A stretch of DNA of 47,325 nucleotides. Origin: a virus (lineage: Duplodnaviria > Caudoviricetes). The stretch lies in the IMG/VR virus record IMGVR_UViG_3300031454_000253, positions 1 to 47,325 of that record; one strand, given 5' to 3'. Every line of letters starts with the position of its first letter. Within the stretch, counting starts at the first letter, position 1. Position numbers and translations under genes: made by a program. Shown here in pieces: positions 31,670 to 40,986 of this stretch. The notes under the pieces are model-generated. The model had not been told where the DNA came from and did not search any database. It worked only from the letters and a program-made list of their open reading frames with translations.

Positions 31670-32017
31670 TCACGCTCGCACCAGCACCGGGAGTGTCCGC
31701 GTCCACTTCCGCCCCGATGCATTGACCATCGTTACCGCCACCTCATAGACGCCGCCTCGGACCAGCTTATCGCCGGTCGCGGGGTTGGCATTGATGGTCA
31801 CGGACGCAATCGTCCCTGACGCACTCGTCGCCTCAATCGGTCCCGTAACTGTCGTCACCGTGCCACCCGATAGTTGCACAATCTCCGCCGTCACCGTGGT
31901 GATCGTTTGCTCGGCATCGATCGCCACGGTCTCCCGGTCAAGACGGCCCATGTAGAACGTCCGGGGAAAGCCAGACGCATCAGTTACCGCCAGCTCGTTT
32001 CGTCGCGGATCAGTCAT
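31670..32017 (-). CDS. Putative fibre adaptor (Ig-like beta-sandwich)
   Basis: All-beta pattern ending GGVYEVAVTMVNASGRKWTRTLPVLV; follows the repeat fibre gene. Confidence 0.55.
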   Translation of the reverse strand: MTDPRRNELAVTDASGFPRTFYMGRLDRETVAIDAEQTITTVTAEIVQLSGGTVTTVTGPIEATSASGTIASVTINANPATGDKLVRGGVYEVAVTMVNASGRKWTRTLPVLVRA

Positions 32018-32026
32018 TCATCTCTC

Positions 32027-33985
32027 CTAGTCGTTGGGGTCGCCGCCAATGACGGTCAGCGCTCGTGCTGGACCACGGACTGCGCCGCCGTCCGGCAATC
32101 CAATTGCAACGAATGACGGTTGCCCACCGCGCGCGGTTGACGGGGAGGCGGGTCCGTGGGTGAAGAAGGACGGCGGTGGAAATGTCAGACCGCTCGAGTT
32201 CACAGTCGCCGTTTCAATCGCCGTCAACAACGTCTCGTCACTTGCCGAGACCAGCGACAGGATTGCCGCGAGCCCGGACGCGCCGAGTGTTGCCACATCC
32301 GCCGCGGCCACCGACGCCGCCAGCGCCGCACTCTCCGCGCTCGTCAGCGGCGCCGTGTCACTCGCGCTGACCGTCGACACGCCGGATGCTACCTCAGCGC
32401 TCGCGAGTGACGCCGCGTCTTGGACGTTCACCATTGCCGAGGTCGTGGAAATCTCTGTCGACGCGATCGTCGCCGTGTCGCTGGCCGCGAGGACTTGCGA
32501 CGATTGAACCGCAGCCGTGTTGCTCGCGGCGATCGTCGCCGTGTCACTCGCCGCGAGCGTCGTCACCTGCTGCAACGACGCGCTCTCGCTGGATCCTAGC
32601 GCTGCGGTGTCCGTCGCTGTTCGACTGACCGCGAGCGCCGTTGCTTCGCTGCTCGCAAGCGCCGCGCTGTCATTGGCGGCCACGGTGGCGACCAGAGCGA
32701 CGCTCTCTGCGCTGGCGATCGTCGCGCTCTCCGTCGCGGCAATCGTTGTGCTTCGTGCCGCGCTCTCACTCGACGCCAGCACGACGGTATCGCTCGCGGC
32801 CAGGGTTGTCACCTGTTGGAGCGCCGCGCTCTCGCTGCTGCTGATCGTCGCGGTATCGGCGGCGGCAAGGCTCAGTGCGGTACTCGCCGTCTCGGACGTG
32901 GCCAGCGTGGCAGCATCACTCGCGGCGATGCCGTTACTCCGCGCAGCCGTCTCGGTGGATGCGATCGCTGCTGTGTCCGCCGCGGCGACCGTGCCACTCG
33001 CCGCTGCCGTTTCGCCACTGGTGATCGTTCCGGTGTCGGTCGCCGTTGTGGTCGCGACGAGGGTGACGCTCTCCGTCGCCGACAGGACCGCGGTGTCACT
33101 GGCGCTCACGGCCTGCGACTGCACAACCGCCGCGGACTCACTGCTCGCCAGCGTCGCGGTATCGGTGGCGCCGAGGCTCTCGATCAGCGCGGCAGACTCG
33201 GCGCTCGCCATCGTCGCGGTGTCATTCGTCGCACGGAAGGTGTCGAGCGCCGGCGATTCGGTGACGTTGAGGGTCGCGGTGTCGGTCACAACGAGGGTGA
33301 TGACGAGATCAGCGGACTCGCTGGAAGAAATGGAGGCGGTGTCGCTCGCAGAAAGAAGCTGCGCCGATGAGAAGCCCGTGAAGGGCGCCATCCAGGCCGC
33401 GCCCGTGCTGCTGCCAGAGGTCCAGGTTCGCGTGCCAGTCGCCGATGGCGCACCAGTGAGACCTTGATAGGCAAGGCCGCTGTTCCCGCCCACCGATACG
33501 ATGAGCGCGGTGGTCATCCCCGTTGGCGTGGTGAGGGCAGCGGTGCTGGTCGCGAGGCCAGCACCGGAGATGAGGATGGTGTCAGATGATGCGGGCGTCA
33601 GGGTCGGGACAATACGCGACGTGGCGAGCGTTGATGAGCCGACGGTCGTCGCGGCGACATCGGGCGTCGTCGCGCCGGTGACGCCACCGGAGAAGGCAGC
33701 CATCACGATGTTTGACGAGCCGCCAGCCGTGTAGGTCCATGTGAAGGAGGTCGAGTCGCCGGTTCTCCAAATCTTCCACCATCCCTCGGCCTTGACGGGA
33801 GACGCCGCGAACACAGAAGCGAACGATGTCCACCCAGTTGGGGAAGTGGTTGTGGCATACCCTTTTTTGATGACAATCAGCAGATCGCCGTCTGCCACAC
33901 CGGCGGGAATCGAACACGCGAGCGTGGTGGCGGTTGTTGTGCCGTTCGCTGCACTCGACGCCGCCCGGAATGTGGGAACGGCCAC
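32027..33985 (-). CDS. Repeat-rich virion fibre protein (N-terminal beta domain plus about 19 repeats of 20-22 aa)
   Basis: IPAGVADGDLLI..PTGWT N-terminal domain; xAxDTAx(L/I)xSxESAxL repeats. Confidence 0.8.
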   Translation of the reverse strand: MAVPTFRAASSAANGTTTATTLACSIPAGVADGDLLIVIKKGYATTTSPTGWTSFASVFAASPVKAEGWWKIWRTGDSTSFTWTYTAGGSSNIVMAAFSGGVTGATTPDVAATTVGSSTLATSRIVPTLTPASSDTILISGAGLATSTAALTTPTGMTTALIVSVGGNSGLAYQGLTGAPSATGTRTWTSGSSTGAAWMAPFTGFSSAQLLSASDTASISSSESADLVITLVVTDTATLNVTESPALDTFRATNDTATMASAESAALIESLGATDTATLASSESAAVVQSQAVSASDTAVLSATESVTLVATTTATDTGTITSGETAAASGTVAAADTAAIASTETAARSNGIAASDAATLATSETASTALSLAAADTATISSSESAALQQVTTLAASDTVVLASSESAARSTTIAATESATIASAESVALVATVAANDSAALASSEATALAVSRTATDTAALGSSESASLQQVTTLAASDTATIAASNTAAVQSSQVLAASDTATIASTEISTTSAMVNVQDAASLASAEVASGVSTVSASDTAPLTSAESAALAASVAAADVATLGASGLAAILSLVSASDETLLTAIETATVNSSGLTFPPPSFFTHGPASPSTARGGQPSFVAIGLPDGGAVRGPARALTVIGGDPND

Positions 33986-33987
33986 CG

Positions 33988-34281
33988 CTAGTGCCGGTTG
34001 CTCGCGGGTATCTCGATGTTGAGGGTTTCGATCCCGCTCACAATGGTCCCTTCGACCGGGTCGTCCACCACCTTGAGGAGATTGTTGGGAATATTGATCG
34101 TCGTGTCACTGTGAGGCAGGAACACCTGCCCAACGCGCAGACCAGTGGTCAGGACCGCTTCTGCCCAGACCGGATCGTTCCGGTTGTTGAGGACACGAAG
34201 CCCCGTGACCCGGCGGGTGCTCGGTGTGTACTCGAAGTCGCACGAAAACCCATCCGCATAGCCCTGGTTCAGGTAGGCCAC
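33988..34281 (-). CDS. Hypothetical protein (fibre module)
   Basis: RBS GGGGAG; beta-rich. Confidence 0.6.
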   Translation of the reverse strand: MAYLNQGYADGFSCDFEYTPSTRRVTGLRVLNNRNDPVWAEAVLTTGLRVGQVFLPHSDTTINIPNNLLKVVDDPVEGTIVSGIETLNIEIPASNRH

Positions 34282-34340
34282 GACGACGTCTCCCCAGCGT
34301 CATGATCACCGCTGTTCGCGACAAGTGCGTACCACATGAT

Positions 34341-34712
34341 CTAGCTCAGCGTGATCGTGGCGGTCAACTGGCTCGACATGGCGCTCGTCTTGGTGCCCAG
34401 CGCCTGCACCCAGCGGACCAACATCGTGCCAGCGATGGACGCGTTGAAGAAACCGACCTCATCCCACGCGTGATTGGCATCGGTCGTGGCGAACGTCGAG
34501 CGCGCTGTAATGACGCTCGCAGCCACCGTGGGATAGGTGGCGTCCATCCCCTTCCGCGTCTTGCTCGCCCCTTGCAAGTCGGTCTGTGCCGCGGCGAACG
34601 CGGTGACGCCGTTGCCGACGCCCAAATACGCATTCGCCGCATTGAATGCAGTCACCGCTGCGCCGACGATGGCCGAGGCAATATGGTCCCGACCACTTGT
34701 CGTTAGAGCCAT
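34341..34712 (-). CDS. Small virion beta-sandwich fibre subunit (bead-like)
   Basis: NAYLGVGNG.TAF...QTDLQ..RKGMDATYP..STF...AN.AW.EVG.FN..GTML...LGTK pattern. Confidence 0.75.
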   Translation of the reverse strand: MALTTSGRDHIASAIVGAAVTAFNAANAYLGVGNGVTAFAAAQTDLQGASKTRKGMDATYPTVAASVITARSTFATTDANHAWDEVGFFNASIAGTMLVRWVQALGTKTSAMSSQLTATITLS

Positions 34713-34978
34713 TAGTCGTCTCCCTTCTCGCGCAGAATGGCGCGCATATCCTCAGTGATTCCGCCCGACTCGTGATCAAGGCCGGCGTCTCGCATCTGCT
34801 GGCGCTTCGCTGCCCGGATGTCCGGGTCGTTGAGGTGCGGTCCCTCTTCGAAGGCCGGTTCGGGGTTGGGTCCCGCGTCCCGCGCCGCTAGCAACGCGTC
34901 GTACTCCTCACGACTCAGCGTCACCACGTCCGCTGATTCATCGGACCCGAGATTCGCGTTATCCGTTGCCTTCGCCAT
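34712..34978 (-). CDS. Small protein with one copy of the fibre repeat at its N-terminus
   Basis: KATDNANLGSDESADVVTL versus repeat SASDTASISSSESADLVITL; RBS GAGGAG. Confidence 0.65.
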   Translation of the reverse strand: MAKATDNANLGSDESADVVTLSREEYDALLAARDAGPNPEPAFEEGPHLNDPDIRAAKRQQMRDAGLDHESGGITEDMRAILREKGDD

Positions 34979-35171
34979 GCTGTGTGCTCCTCGCGGCTAC
35001 CGCCGCCTCTAGTTCCGCGATACGCGCCGCATCGATAATCGGTTCCCCGCCTACATCGAACCACTGTTCGCGCTCGGTCGTCTGCGCTGGCGGTCCCGAC
35101 TGGTCGTCACCGAGCCAGTCCTCTCGCTTGAGCGCGAGTTTGTAGGGCTTGGTCAGGATGTGATCCATCAT
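34959..35171 (-). CDS. Hypothetical protein (fibre module)
   Basis: RBS TAAGGA; MMDHILTKPYKL... Confidence 0.6.
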   Translation of the reverse strand: MMDHILTKPYKLALKREDWLGDDQSGPPAQTTEREQWFDVGGEPIIDAARIAELEAAVAARSTQHGEGNG

Positions 35172-35176
35172 CGTCC

Positions 35177-35401
35177 TTACTTCCCCAGCGTCGCGTAGTA
35201 GTGATCGAAGTGCGCCGACCAAAAGACCGAATGCCAGTCCAGCGCAATGCTCAGCGCATCGTCCGGTCGCATGTTCTCGGCGATCAGCGCGTGGTAGTAC
35301 GCTGCGACCACCTTCGCGTTGCCCTTGACGTTCTCGGTCGCCTGATCAGTTGCTGCCACGGTATAGAGCCGCTTCGCCTCGTCTTTGCCGATTCGCTCCA
35401 T
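35177..35401 (-). CDS. Hypothetical protein
   Basis: RBS GGAGGA; follows the portal gene. Confidence 0.65.
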   Translation of the reverse strand: MERIGKDEAKRLYTVAATDQATENVKGNAKVVAAYYHALIAENMRPDDALSIALDWHSVFWSAHFDHYYATLGK

Positions 35402-35403
35402 GG

Positions 35404-36966
35404 CTATCCTCCCGTGCCGATACCCGTCAGTTGGGCATCGAATCCGCTCGCCAGCGCCCGGCGCTCCGCGAGCATCTCGTCGATCTCGGAGGGCGCGTCA
35501 CCATTCCGCTCATCGGAGTACCCCACTTCCTTCAGGCCCGTCCTCGTCTGTAACGACTCTTTCATCGACGCCAGCGACACGAGCTCGAGATCGGTCGCCT
35601 CCACCAGCGGTCGTCTGACGAGCCCGAAGTCCACGTCACCACGCGCATAACTGTCCAGACCGAACGGCACGAACTTCTTTTGTTGTCGCGTTAGCCGGCT
35701 CATTGGTCCCCAGGCCCCGTCATTGAGGCGGTGGCCGGCGATCGCCACCAGCATCTGCGAGACCTTGACCAGTCCGGCATCACTGTTGCCCTGCGCCTCA
35801 TTGAGCCGAGCGGCGGCATCGGTCATCATCCGCACCGCCCCCGGTCCGGTGACGTTACTCATCGACCGGAGTTGTTGGGAGACGACGATCTCCGGAAGGT
35901 CTGATTCCACCTGCGCATTGAGCCGGTCGAGGTAACCGCCAATCTCCCCAATCGGCATGACACCGATCAGCGGCGAGACGCTGCCACCAGGCGGCATCTT
36001 CATGTAGGGCACCTTGCTTCCGTCATCGTCCGGCACCTCGAAGACGATGTCCGGGTTAGCTTTGAAGTTGGCGTCGGTCCAGAAGACCATTGGCTGATAG
36101 AGAAACTTGCTGACCCAATCGCTCGTCGGGGCCACGATGCGGTTGTACTCGACGATCTTGCGCACCGCCGCCGCGACCGCTGGTCGACCGTAGTAGCCGC
36201 CCGCGTCGAAGTGCTTGACCCACACCGCCGGACAGAACCCGTAGTCGTGCGCCTCTTCGGTCGCCAAGACATCGTCCCAGTAGGTGCGCACCGTCTGACG
36301 ATCAACCACCTTGCGATAGGTCGCGGCCTGTTGCGTTCGGGGATTGATGGCGCGATAGGCGACGGCGTAGCGACGGACGTGACCCGACGGCGACAGATCC
36401 AAGTCCACCACGTCGCGCGGGTCCACAACCTCGGGGTACACCTTGCCCGCTTGCCCACGATCCGTATCCGGCAAGCGGTCCACGCACTCAACGAGGACAC
36501 TCCCGAGTTTGGCGACGGTGCGGACGTAGACATAGAGCATCGCCGCACCGTTGCCCCAGTCAAGCGCCTGCATGACCGCCGCTGGCAGTTCACCCGCTTT
36601 GATCCCGGCCCGGTCATCAAAGGCGTCGCCGGCGAAGCGGACCCGGTTGGGTCGGCCATCGGGCGAGGCGCGACCGTCGAGATTCCAATCGCCGGGGTAA
36701 ACATGGGCCGGGTAAAAGTCAACACAGCGGGCGGTCGGGTTGTAGACAGTGCGATAGCGTTTGGGGAGTCGCTGCGAGAGGCGGACGCGCTCATAGCGCA
36801 GATCGCCCGGCTCATGGTCAGCATCGTCGTAGAGGTCCGCGTAGTACTGCAGCGTCCCGAGCAACGGCGCGAAGTCGCCATGGTGCGTCGCGCCATCGGC
36901 AAAGGTGCGACGCAGGGCGGAACCAACAGACGTGCTCAGGTTCAGCGCGGTACTCAAGACACTCAT
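35404..36966 (-). CDS. Portal protein
   Basis: About 520 aa after TerL; YNPTARCVDF, HDYGFCPAVWVKH, DLPE and TGPG motifs of SPP1-like portals. Confidence 0.85.
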   Translation of the reverse strand: MSVLSTALNLSTSVGSALRRTFADGATHHGDFAPLLGTLQYYADLYDDADHEPGDLRYERVRLSQRLPKRYRTVYNPTARCVDFYPAHVYPGDWNLDGRASPDGRPNRVRFAGDAFDDRAGIKAGELPAAVMQALDWGNGAAMLYVYVRTVAKLGSVLVECVDRLPDTDRGQAGKVYPEVVDPRDVVDLDLSPSGHVRRYAVAYRAINPRTQQAATYRKVVDRQTVRTYWDDVLATEEAHDYGFCPAVWVKHFDAGGYYGRPAVAAAVRKIVEYNRIVAPTSDWVSKFLYQPMVFWTDANFKANPDIVFEVPDDDGSKVPYMKMPPGGSVSPLIGVMPIGEIGGYLDRLNAQVESDLPEIVVSQQLRSMSNVTGPGAVRMMTDAAARLNEAQGNSDAGLVKVSQMLVAIAGHRLNDGAWGPMSRLTRQQKKFVPFGLDSYARGDVDFGLVRRPLVEATDLELVSLASMKESLQTRTGLKEVGYSDERNGDAPSEIDEMLAERRALASGFDAQLTGIGTGG

Positions 36967-36973
36967 CTCCGGC

Positions 36974-37141
36974 TTACCACGCCCAGGCCACGAGGTCACG
37001 TGCCCCTGCTGCCACAATGGTCAGCGCCACCACAACGATGCCGGCAGCGAGGGCGCCGGCGAAGACCATCACGGCGCCACCGATCAGCGCGTCACGGCCC
37101 TGCGGCGAAAGAACGGGGCGAGACCATCGGCGTCCCCGCAT
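36974..37141 (-). CDS. Small single-TM membrane protein between TerL and portal (not in the ORF track)
   Basis: TAATG overlap with TerL; MRGRRWSRPVLSPQGRDALIGGAVMVFAGALAAGIVVVALTIVAAGARDLVAWAW. Confidence 0.65.
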   Translation of the reverse strand: MRGRRWSRPVLSPQGRDALIGGAVMVFAGALAAGIVVVALTIVAAGARDLVAWAW

Positions 37142-38541
37142 TACCGCACCGCCATCAGACGGGCCATCGCGTCGGTCAGCGCGGCAGGCCCAATCTCGAT
37201 CTCGCCAATGTCACCTAAGCCGTCAATATCCACGACGCCATACCGCACCGCGTCCATCCCGTGGTCGTCGCGCTTAAGAGGATCTTCACCCTTGGTTCGC
37301 CCTTGCGCGGTGTTCCAGACGTAGCCCGGGAACTCTTCCACCACCGAGCAGGGCTTCCCTTGCTCAACACGCGAACGATCCCGCTCCACAAGGGAATCCC
37401 GCAGGATATGGAGTCGCGCTGGCCGGTCTCCGGTGCCAAGCCGCACCGCCACGGCCTGAATACCGGGACTGACTGTCTTTTGTGCCGCCCGCGTCGTGAC
37501 CTTGGCGTCACGCTCAAAGGTGGCTCGATCCTCTGCGTCGTGGTCCGTCACCACCGATACCGGGCGCGGCTCACCAGCGGAGAGCGCCAATCCTTGCGCT
37601 GCATGATCGGTCACAAGCCGACTGGTCATATAGATTTCGCGGTAGATGTACAGATCACCGTCCGGTGCTTCAGCCGCCCACAGCCAAACAAACGGGTTGA
37701 CGTAGCCAAAGTCAATCCACCAGTACCGCGGCCACTCAGGCGGAATCTCGAAACGATCAACCAGATGAACCGCCGGATCCCACGCTTCGTAGACCTGGCC
37801 CTCAGCGGCGACCCACTTGCCCTCCAAGAGGCGCAATCGCCGAACGCCGGTGAGGCGGCTCAACCGATCAAGATAGCGTTCGCCCGATGCGGTCCATCGT
37901 CCGGCGACGCTATCCCACATGGCGGGATTATCCCGGTGCGTTGAAAGCCAGAGGTCGAGCTTGCCCTCTTCCGACCGCCGATTGATCCAGTGCGTCGGCG
38001 TATCGGGGTTACAGTCACCAATGACCAACGAGGGAACCCGAGTCACGCCAAGCCGGGGACGGTCGACACGGCCCGTCAGTTGCTCCCATTCGGGCAACGT
38101 GAGTTCTGTAACCTCGTTGACGTAGATGATATCGCGCTCGGTGGAGAGCACCTTGGCGACCTTATCCATGCCGCCGATAACGATCGTTGATCCTGTGTCG
38201 TCGTAGGTAAACTGCGCGGGGCGAATGTTATTGCCACCGAAGTAGGTCACACCGTCGTAGGCGGACCGCTTGCCGTCGAAGTCGTAGAGCACCTGCTCCT
38301 GAAACGTCACCAAGGCCGATGCCTTCAGGCTTTCGAGCGTCTTTCGGAGGATAGCGACGTTCAGCTTCTCTTCAGAGCACCGCTTGTGAATCCATTCGAG
38401 GATAGCTCGCGTCTTCCCCGTCCCCGCGCCACCACTGATAACGACCTCGCCGGATGGCGCATCCCAGAGACGACCAGCCGCCCCGCGAAACTCCGTGACG
38501 AGGCGAATCTCGGTTCGGTCATGGACGGCTTGCGCGACCAC
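37141..38541 (-). CDS. terL: Terminase large subunit (PBSX-like)
   Basis: Walker A GGAGTGKT, IYVNE Walker B, DCNP, IDFG nuclease and DDHGMDAVRY. Confidence 0.95.
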   Translation of the reverse strand: MVAQAVHDRTEIRLVTEFRGAAGRLWDAPSGEVVISGGAGTGKTRAILEWIHKRCSEEKLNVAILRKTLESLKASALVTFQEQVLYDFDGKRSAYDGVTYFGGNNIRPAQFTYDDTGSTIVIGGMDKVAKVLSTERDIIYVNEVTELTLPEWEQLTGRVDRPRLGVTRVPSLVIGDCNPDTPTHWINRRSEEGKLDLWLSTHRDNPAMWDSVAGRWTASGERYLDRLSRLTGVRRLRLLEGKWVAAEGQVYEAWDPAVHLVDRFEIPPEWPRYWWIDFGYVNPFVWLWAAEAPDGDLYIYREIYMTSRLVTDHAAQGLALSAGEPRPVSVVTDHDAEDRATFERDAKVTTRAAQKTVSPGIQAVAVRLGTGDRPARLHILRDSLVERDRSRVEQGKPCSVVEEFPGYVWNTAQGRTKGEDPLKRDDHGMDAVRYGVVDIDGLGDIGEIEIGPAALTDAMARLMAVR

Positions 38542-39159
38542 CTAGTCAATTCCCAAATGTGAGCGCACCGACGCATCATCTCGCACGACAACATACTCTC
38601 GGCGGATCGTGCCGCTTGCCTCAGTTTTCTCAACCCACTGACCGAGTTCTTTCGCTGCTTGCTCTTCGAGCGACTGAATCGACTTGATGAGTCCGGTATC
38701 GACGCCGAACTCCTCCACCATCTGCGCGGTGTGCCCGGTGCCAATCTGCTTGATCTGCCGGACGATCAGACCCGTGCCGCCACCCGCCGGGACCGTCTTA
38801 TCTCCGATCATGCTGCGAATCGGCGTGATGGTCGGCGCCGCGGCATCTTCTTTCGCCATCGCTGCGTATTCCGCGGCCCGCTCTTCCACCACCGTCAGAA
38901 GCTTGGAGTGAAGGTTGTCGAGCACTTCTAGCCGCTTACGCTTCTTGGCAATGGCGAGACGGAGCATCCCGGCTTGCAACTGGCCAACGTGATCGCCAAC
39001 AAGCGCGTTGAAGGTGGGGTCTTGCTTCCAGCGAGTGAGTGTTCTGGTGTCAACGCCAGCACGATCGGCGATTTCCGCATTCGACAACTCGTCATCAGCG
39101 ACCAGGGCAGCCGCCAAAACACGAGGTTTTAGGACATTTTTAGACGCAGCCGCCATCAC
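38542..39159 (-). CDS. terS: Terminase small subunit (N-terminal HTH)
   Basis: EIADRAGVDTRTLTRWKQDPTF HTH; QAAKELGQW; directly upstream of TerL. Confidence 0.8.
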   Translation of the reverse strand: MMAAASKNVLKPRVLAAALVADDELSNAEIADRAGVDTRTLTRWKQDPTFNALVGDHVGQLQAGMLRLAIAKKRKRLEVLDNLHSKLLTVVEERAAEYAAMAKEDAAAPTITPIRSMIGDKTVPAGGGTGLIVRQIKQIGTGHTAQMVEEFGVDTGLIKSIQSLEEQAAKELGQWVEKTEASGTIRREYVVVRDDASVRSHLGID

Positions 39160-39516
39160 TCACCTGCTGCTAACTCCGGTCTCGTCAGATAGTGTACCAC
39201 CGGCAATAGCAGCAGACTCACCCTGGCCAGAGAGCGCGGCGAGAGAAGCGCGGACACCAGCGATATATCCGGCAACCCACCCATCTGACCATATATCACC
39301 GGAGGCCCAACGTGTCGCCGCATCAACTACGTCCAGAGATTTCCTTGCTTCCACCCGCTCCACCATCTCCCGCTCGACCTCGGCCCGGACGGCATCAGCG
39401 CGGATATTCCAGACGCGCCGAGCTTCTGGATGGATTTTATTCCAGGTGTAACAGAGGCCAGATGGGTCCGCCTCATACGCCACCCGACCGAGGTCCGTCG
39501 TCGCGGTGTCGGTCAT
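39160..39516 (-). CDS. Hypothetical protein
   Basis: Coupled ORF. Confidence 0.6.
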   Translation of the reverse strand: MTDTATTDLGRVAYEADPSGLCYTWNKIHPEARRVWNIRADAVRAEVEREMVERVEARKSLDVVDAATRWASGDIWSDGWVAGYIAGVRASLAALSGQGESAAIAGGTLSDETGVSSR

Positions 39517-39926
39517 GTCGTCTCTCCCTCAAGCTCCACCACGAGATACCCGACGCCTGCCGGGTCGCGGTCTTGGCGGACAGGCTGGTGAACCAACTGA
39601 CGGTCGTTCGCGACAACACCCACCTTTTGCAGTTGGTCCAGACCCGTCTTCATGGTCGCTAAAAGATTGTCCCCGTCCTGAATCTTCCCGCCCTTGGGTC
39701 GGTAGTAGGTGATCTGACAGCGGACGGGGCCATCGGGCATCAGGGCATCCATCGACACCGCGTAGGTATCCGTCTTCTTGAATGCCAATAGCGCCTCCCA
39801 GTACCACGCCTCTGCCATCTCGTGCCGCAGCCGCGTTTTCATGCCCTCCGGCACCTTCCAGCTGGCATTCGGCGAGAGCTCCCGCGGCAAGGGGCCGGGA
39901 ATCGTCACGGTCAATCGCGTCGCCAT
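39513..39926 (-). CDS. rusA: RusA-like Holliday junction resolvase
   Basis: LSPN, DGDNLLATMKTGLD and VVANDR acidic catalytic pattern. Confidence 0.8.
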   Translation of the reverse strand: MATRLTVTIPGPLPRELSPNASWKVPEGMKTRLRHEMAEAWYWEALLAFKKTDTYAVSMDALMPDGPVRCQITYYRPKGGKIQDGDNLLATMKTGLDQLQKVGVVANDRQLVHQPVRQDRDPAGVGYLVVELEGETT

Positions 39927-40237
39927 CAGGACGCTTCCTGCTCATCGCTCCGACAGCGCAACAACACCCCGCGCACACTATCGGCCTCCCATTCGCGGTT
40001 GTCCCGCAATATGGCAAGGGTGCTCACGCCGGGCCAGAGTGCGTCGATCAACGCATCTCCACACGATGGACAAATCACGGTGGTCACGAGGCAATGACCA
40101 AGACTCCCACGCAGTTCGAAATAGGGACGCTCCTCCCATTGCATCGCAATCCCTGGTTGATTGAACCATTGACGCCCGCACTCGTGACAGGGCTGCTCAC
40201 TCGATTCCGCGAGACGACGGAGGCGAAGCCCCATCAC
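39926..40237 (-). CDS. Hypothetical zinc-binding protein
   Basis: CHEC...CPSC. Confidence 0.55.
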   Translation of the reverse strand: MMGLRLRRLAESSEQPCHECGRQWFNQPGIAMQWEERPYFELRGSLGHCLVTTVICPSCGDALIDALWPGVSTLAILRDNREWEADSVRGVLLRCRSDEQEAS

Positions 40238-40575
40238 CCACCTCCATCCGGCGTCTGTGCCTGGTCTGCCGGCGCCAGTCGGTCCTGGTCGTTGACCGCA
40301 TCGAGCACCATGTCTAGCGCTGTCCGAAACCCCGATGCAAAGTTGATGTTCAGCGGATTGGCTGCGTCCGGTGCCGGCGAATCTTCAATCATCCGTTGCA
40401 CGACCACCTGTATCCGTTCCCGCTCCTCCTGGATGGCGGCGGCGGCGACGGCTGAGGCAGCGGTTCGGTAGACCTCTTGGCACCGCTCGCCCCGCTTCCC
40501 CCATTCCTGAATCACATGGTGCTCGATAGCGTCGTGGGCGATACGGCCCCAGCGTTCCCGGTCCTCAACCATCAC
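40234..40575 (-). CDS. Hypothetical protein
   Basis: RBS AAGGAGG; coupled. Confidence 0.6.
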   Translation of the reverse strand: MMVEDRERWGRIAHDAIEHHVIQEWGKRGERCQEVYRTAASAVAAAAIQEERERIQVVVQRMIEDSPAPDAANPLNINFASGFRTALDMVLDAVNDQDRLAPADQAQTPDGGG

Positions 40576-40756
40576 CCGCCTCCTTTCGCCGCTTGGCCCA
40601 CAACCGATACCGCAGCGTGCCCGCCGGCGGTGGCGGGTCCAACAACAACTCCAGGTCTTTGAGCGCCTGCTCGGTGGTGCGTCGGTCCTTCGGTCGCCGC
40701 TTCGGTGCTGTGGTGACGTGGTCGAGGGAGTAGCCGGATTTCGGGTTGTAGGTCAT
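40565..40756 (-). CDS. Hypothetical protein
   Basis: RBS AGGAG; MTYNPKSG... Confidence 0.5.
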   Translation of the reverse strand: MTYNPKSGYSLDHVTTAPKRRPKDRRTTEQALKDLELLLDPPPPAGTLRYRLWAKRRKEAGDG

Positions 40757-40767
40757 GTCTTCCACTC

Positions 40768-40986
40768 CTAGACATTGGTGCGTCGGGCAAAGGGAATCAG
40801 CATTGCCAAGCGCCGCGCCGCTCTTCCTTCCTCGGATGCATTGGAGCGGTACTCGCCGGCATCCCAGCGACGAAGGAACTCCTCGCCGGAGATATCAAGC
40901 GCTTGCCTCGCCTGGTAGTCGAAGAGCTTTTTACCGTCAAGCACGGAGGCAACTCGAATCGTGGGCGGTGTTTGGCGGGCCATCAC
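40768..40986 (-). CDS. Antitoxin-like small protein (orphan)
   Basis: LFDYQARQALDISGEEFLRRWDAGEY..LAMLIPFAR resembles small type II antitoxin-like proteins (recalled, not verified). Confidence 0.5.
   Translation of the reverse strand: MMARQTPPTIRVASVLDGKKLFDYQARQALDISGEEFLRRWDAGEYRSNASEEGRAARRLAMLIPFARRTNV

Noticed and set aside
34870-34930. Antitoxin-like VVTLSREEYDALL motif in the 88-aa protein
   Set aside because: Too short and generic; the fibre-repeat match and operon context explain the gene better.
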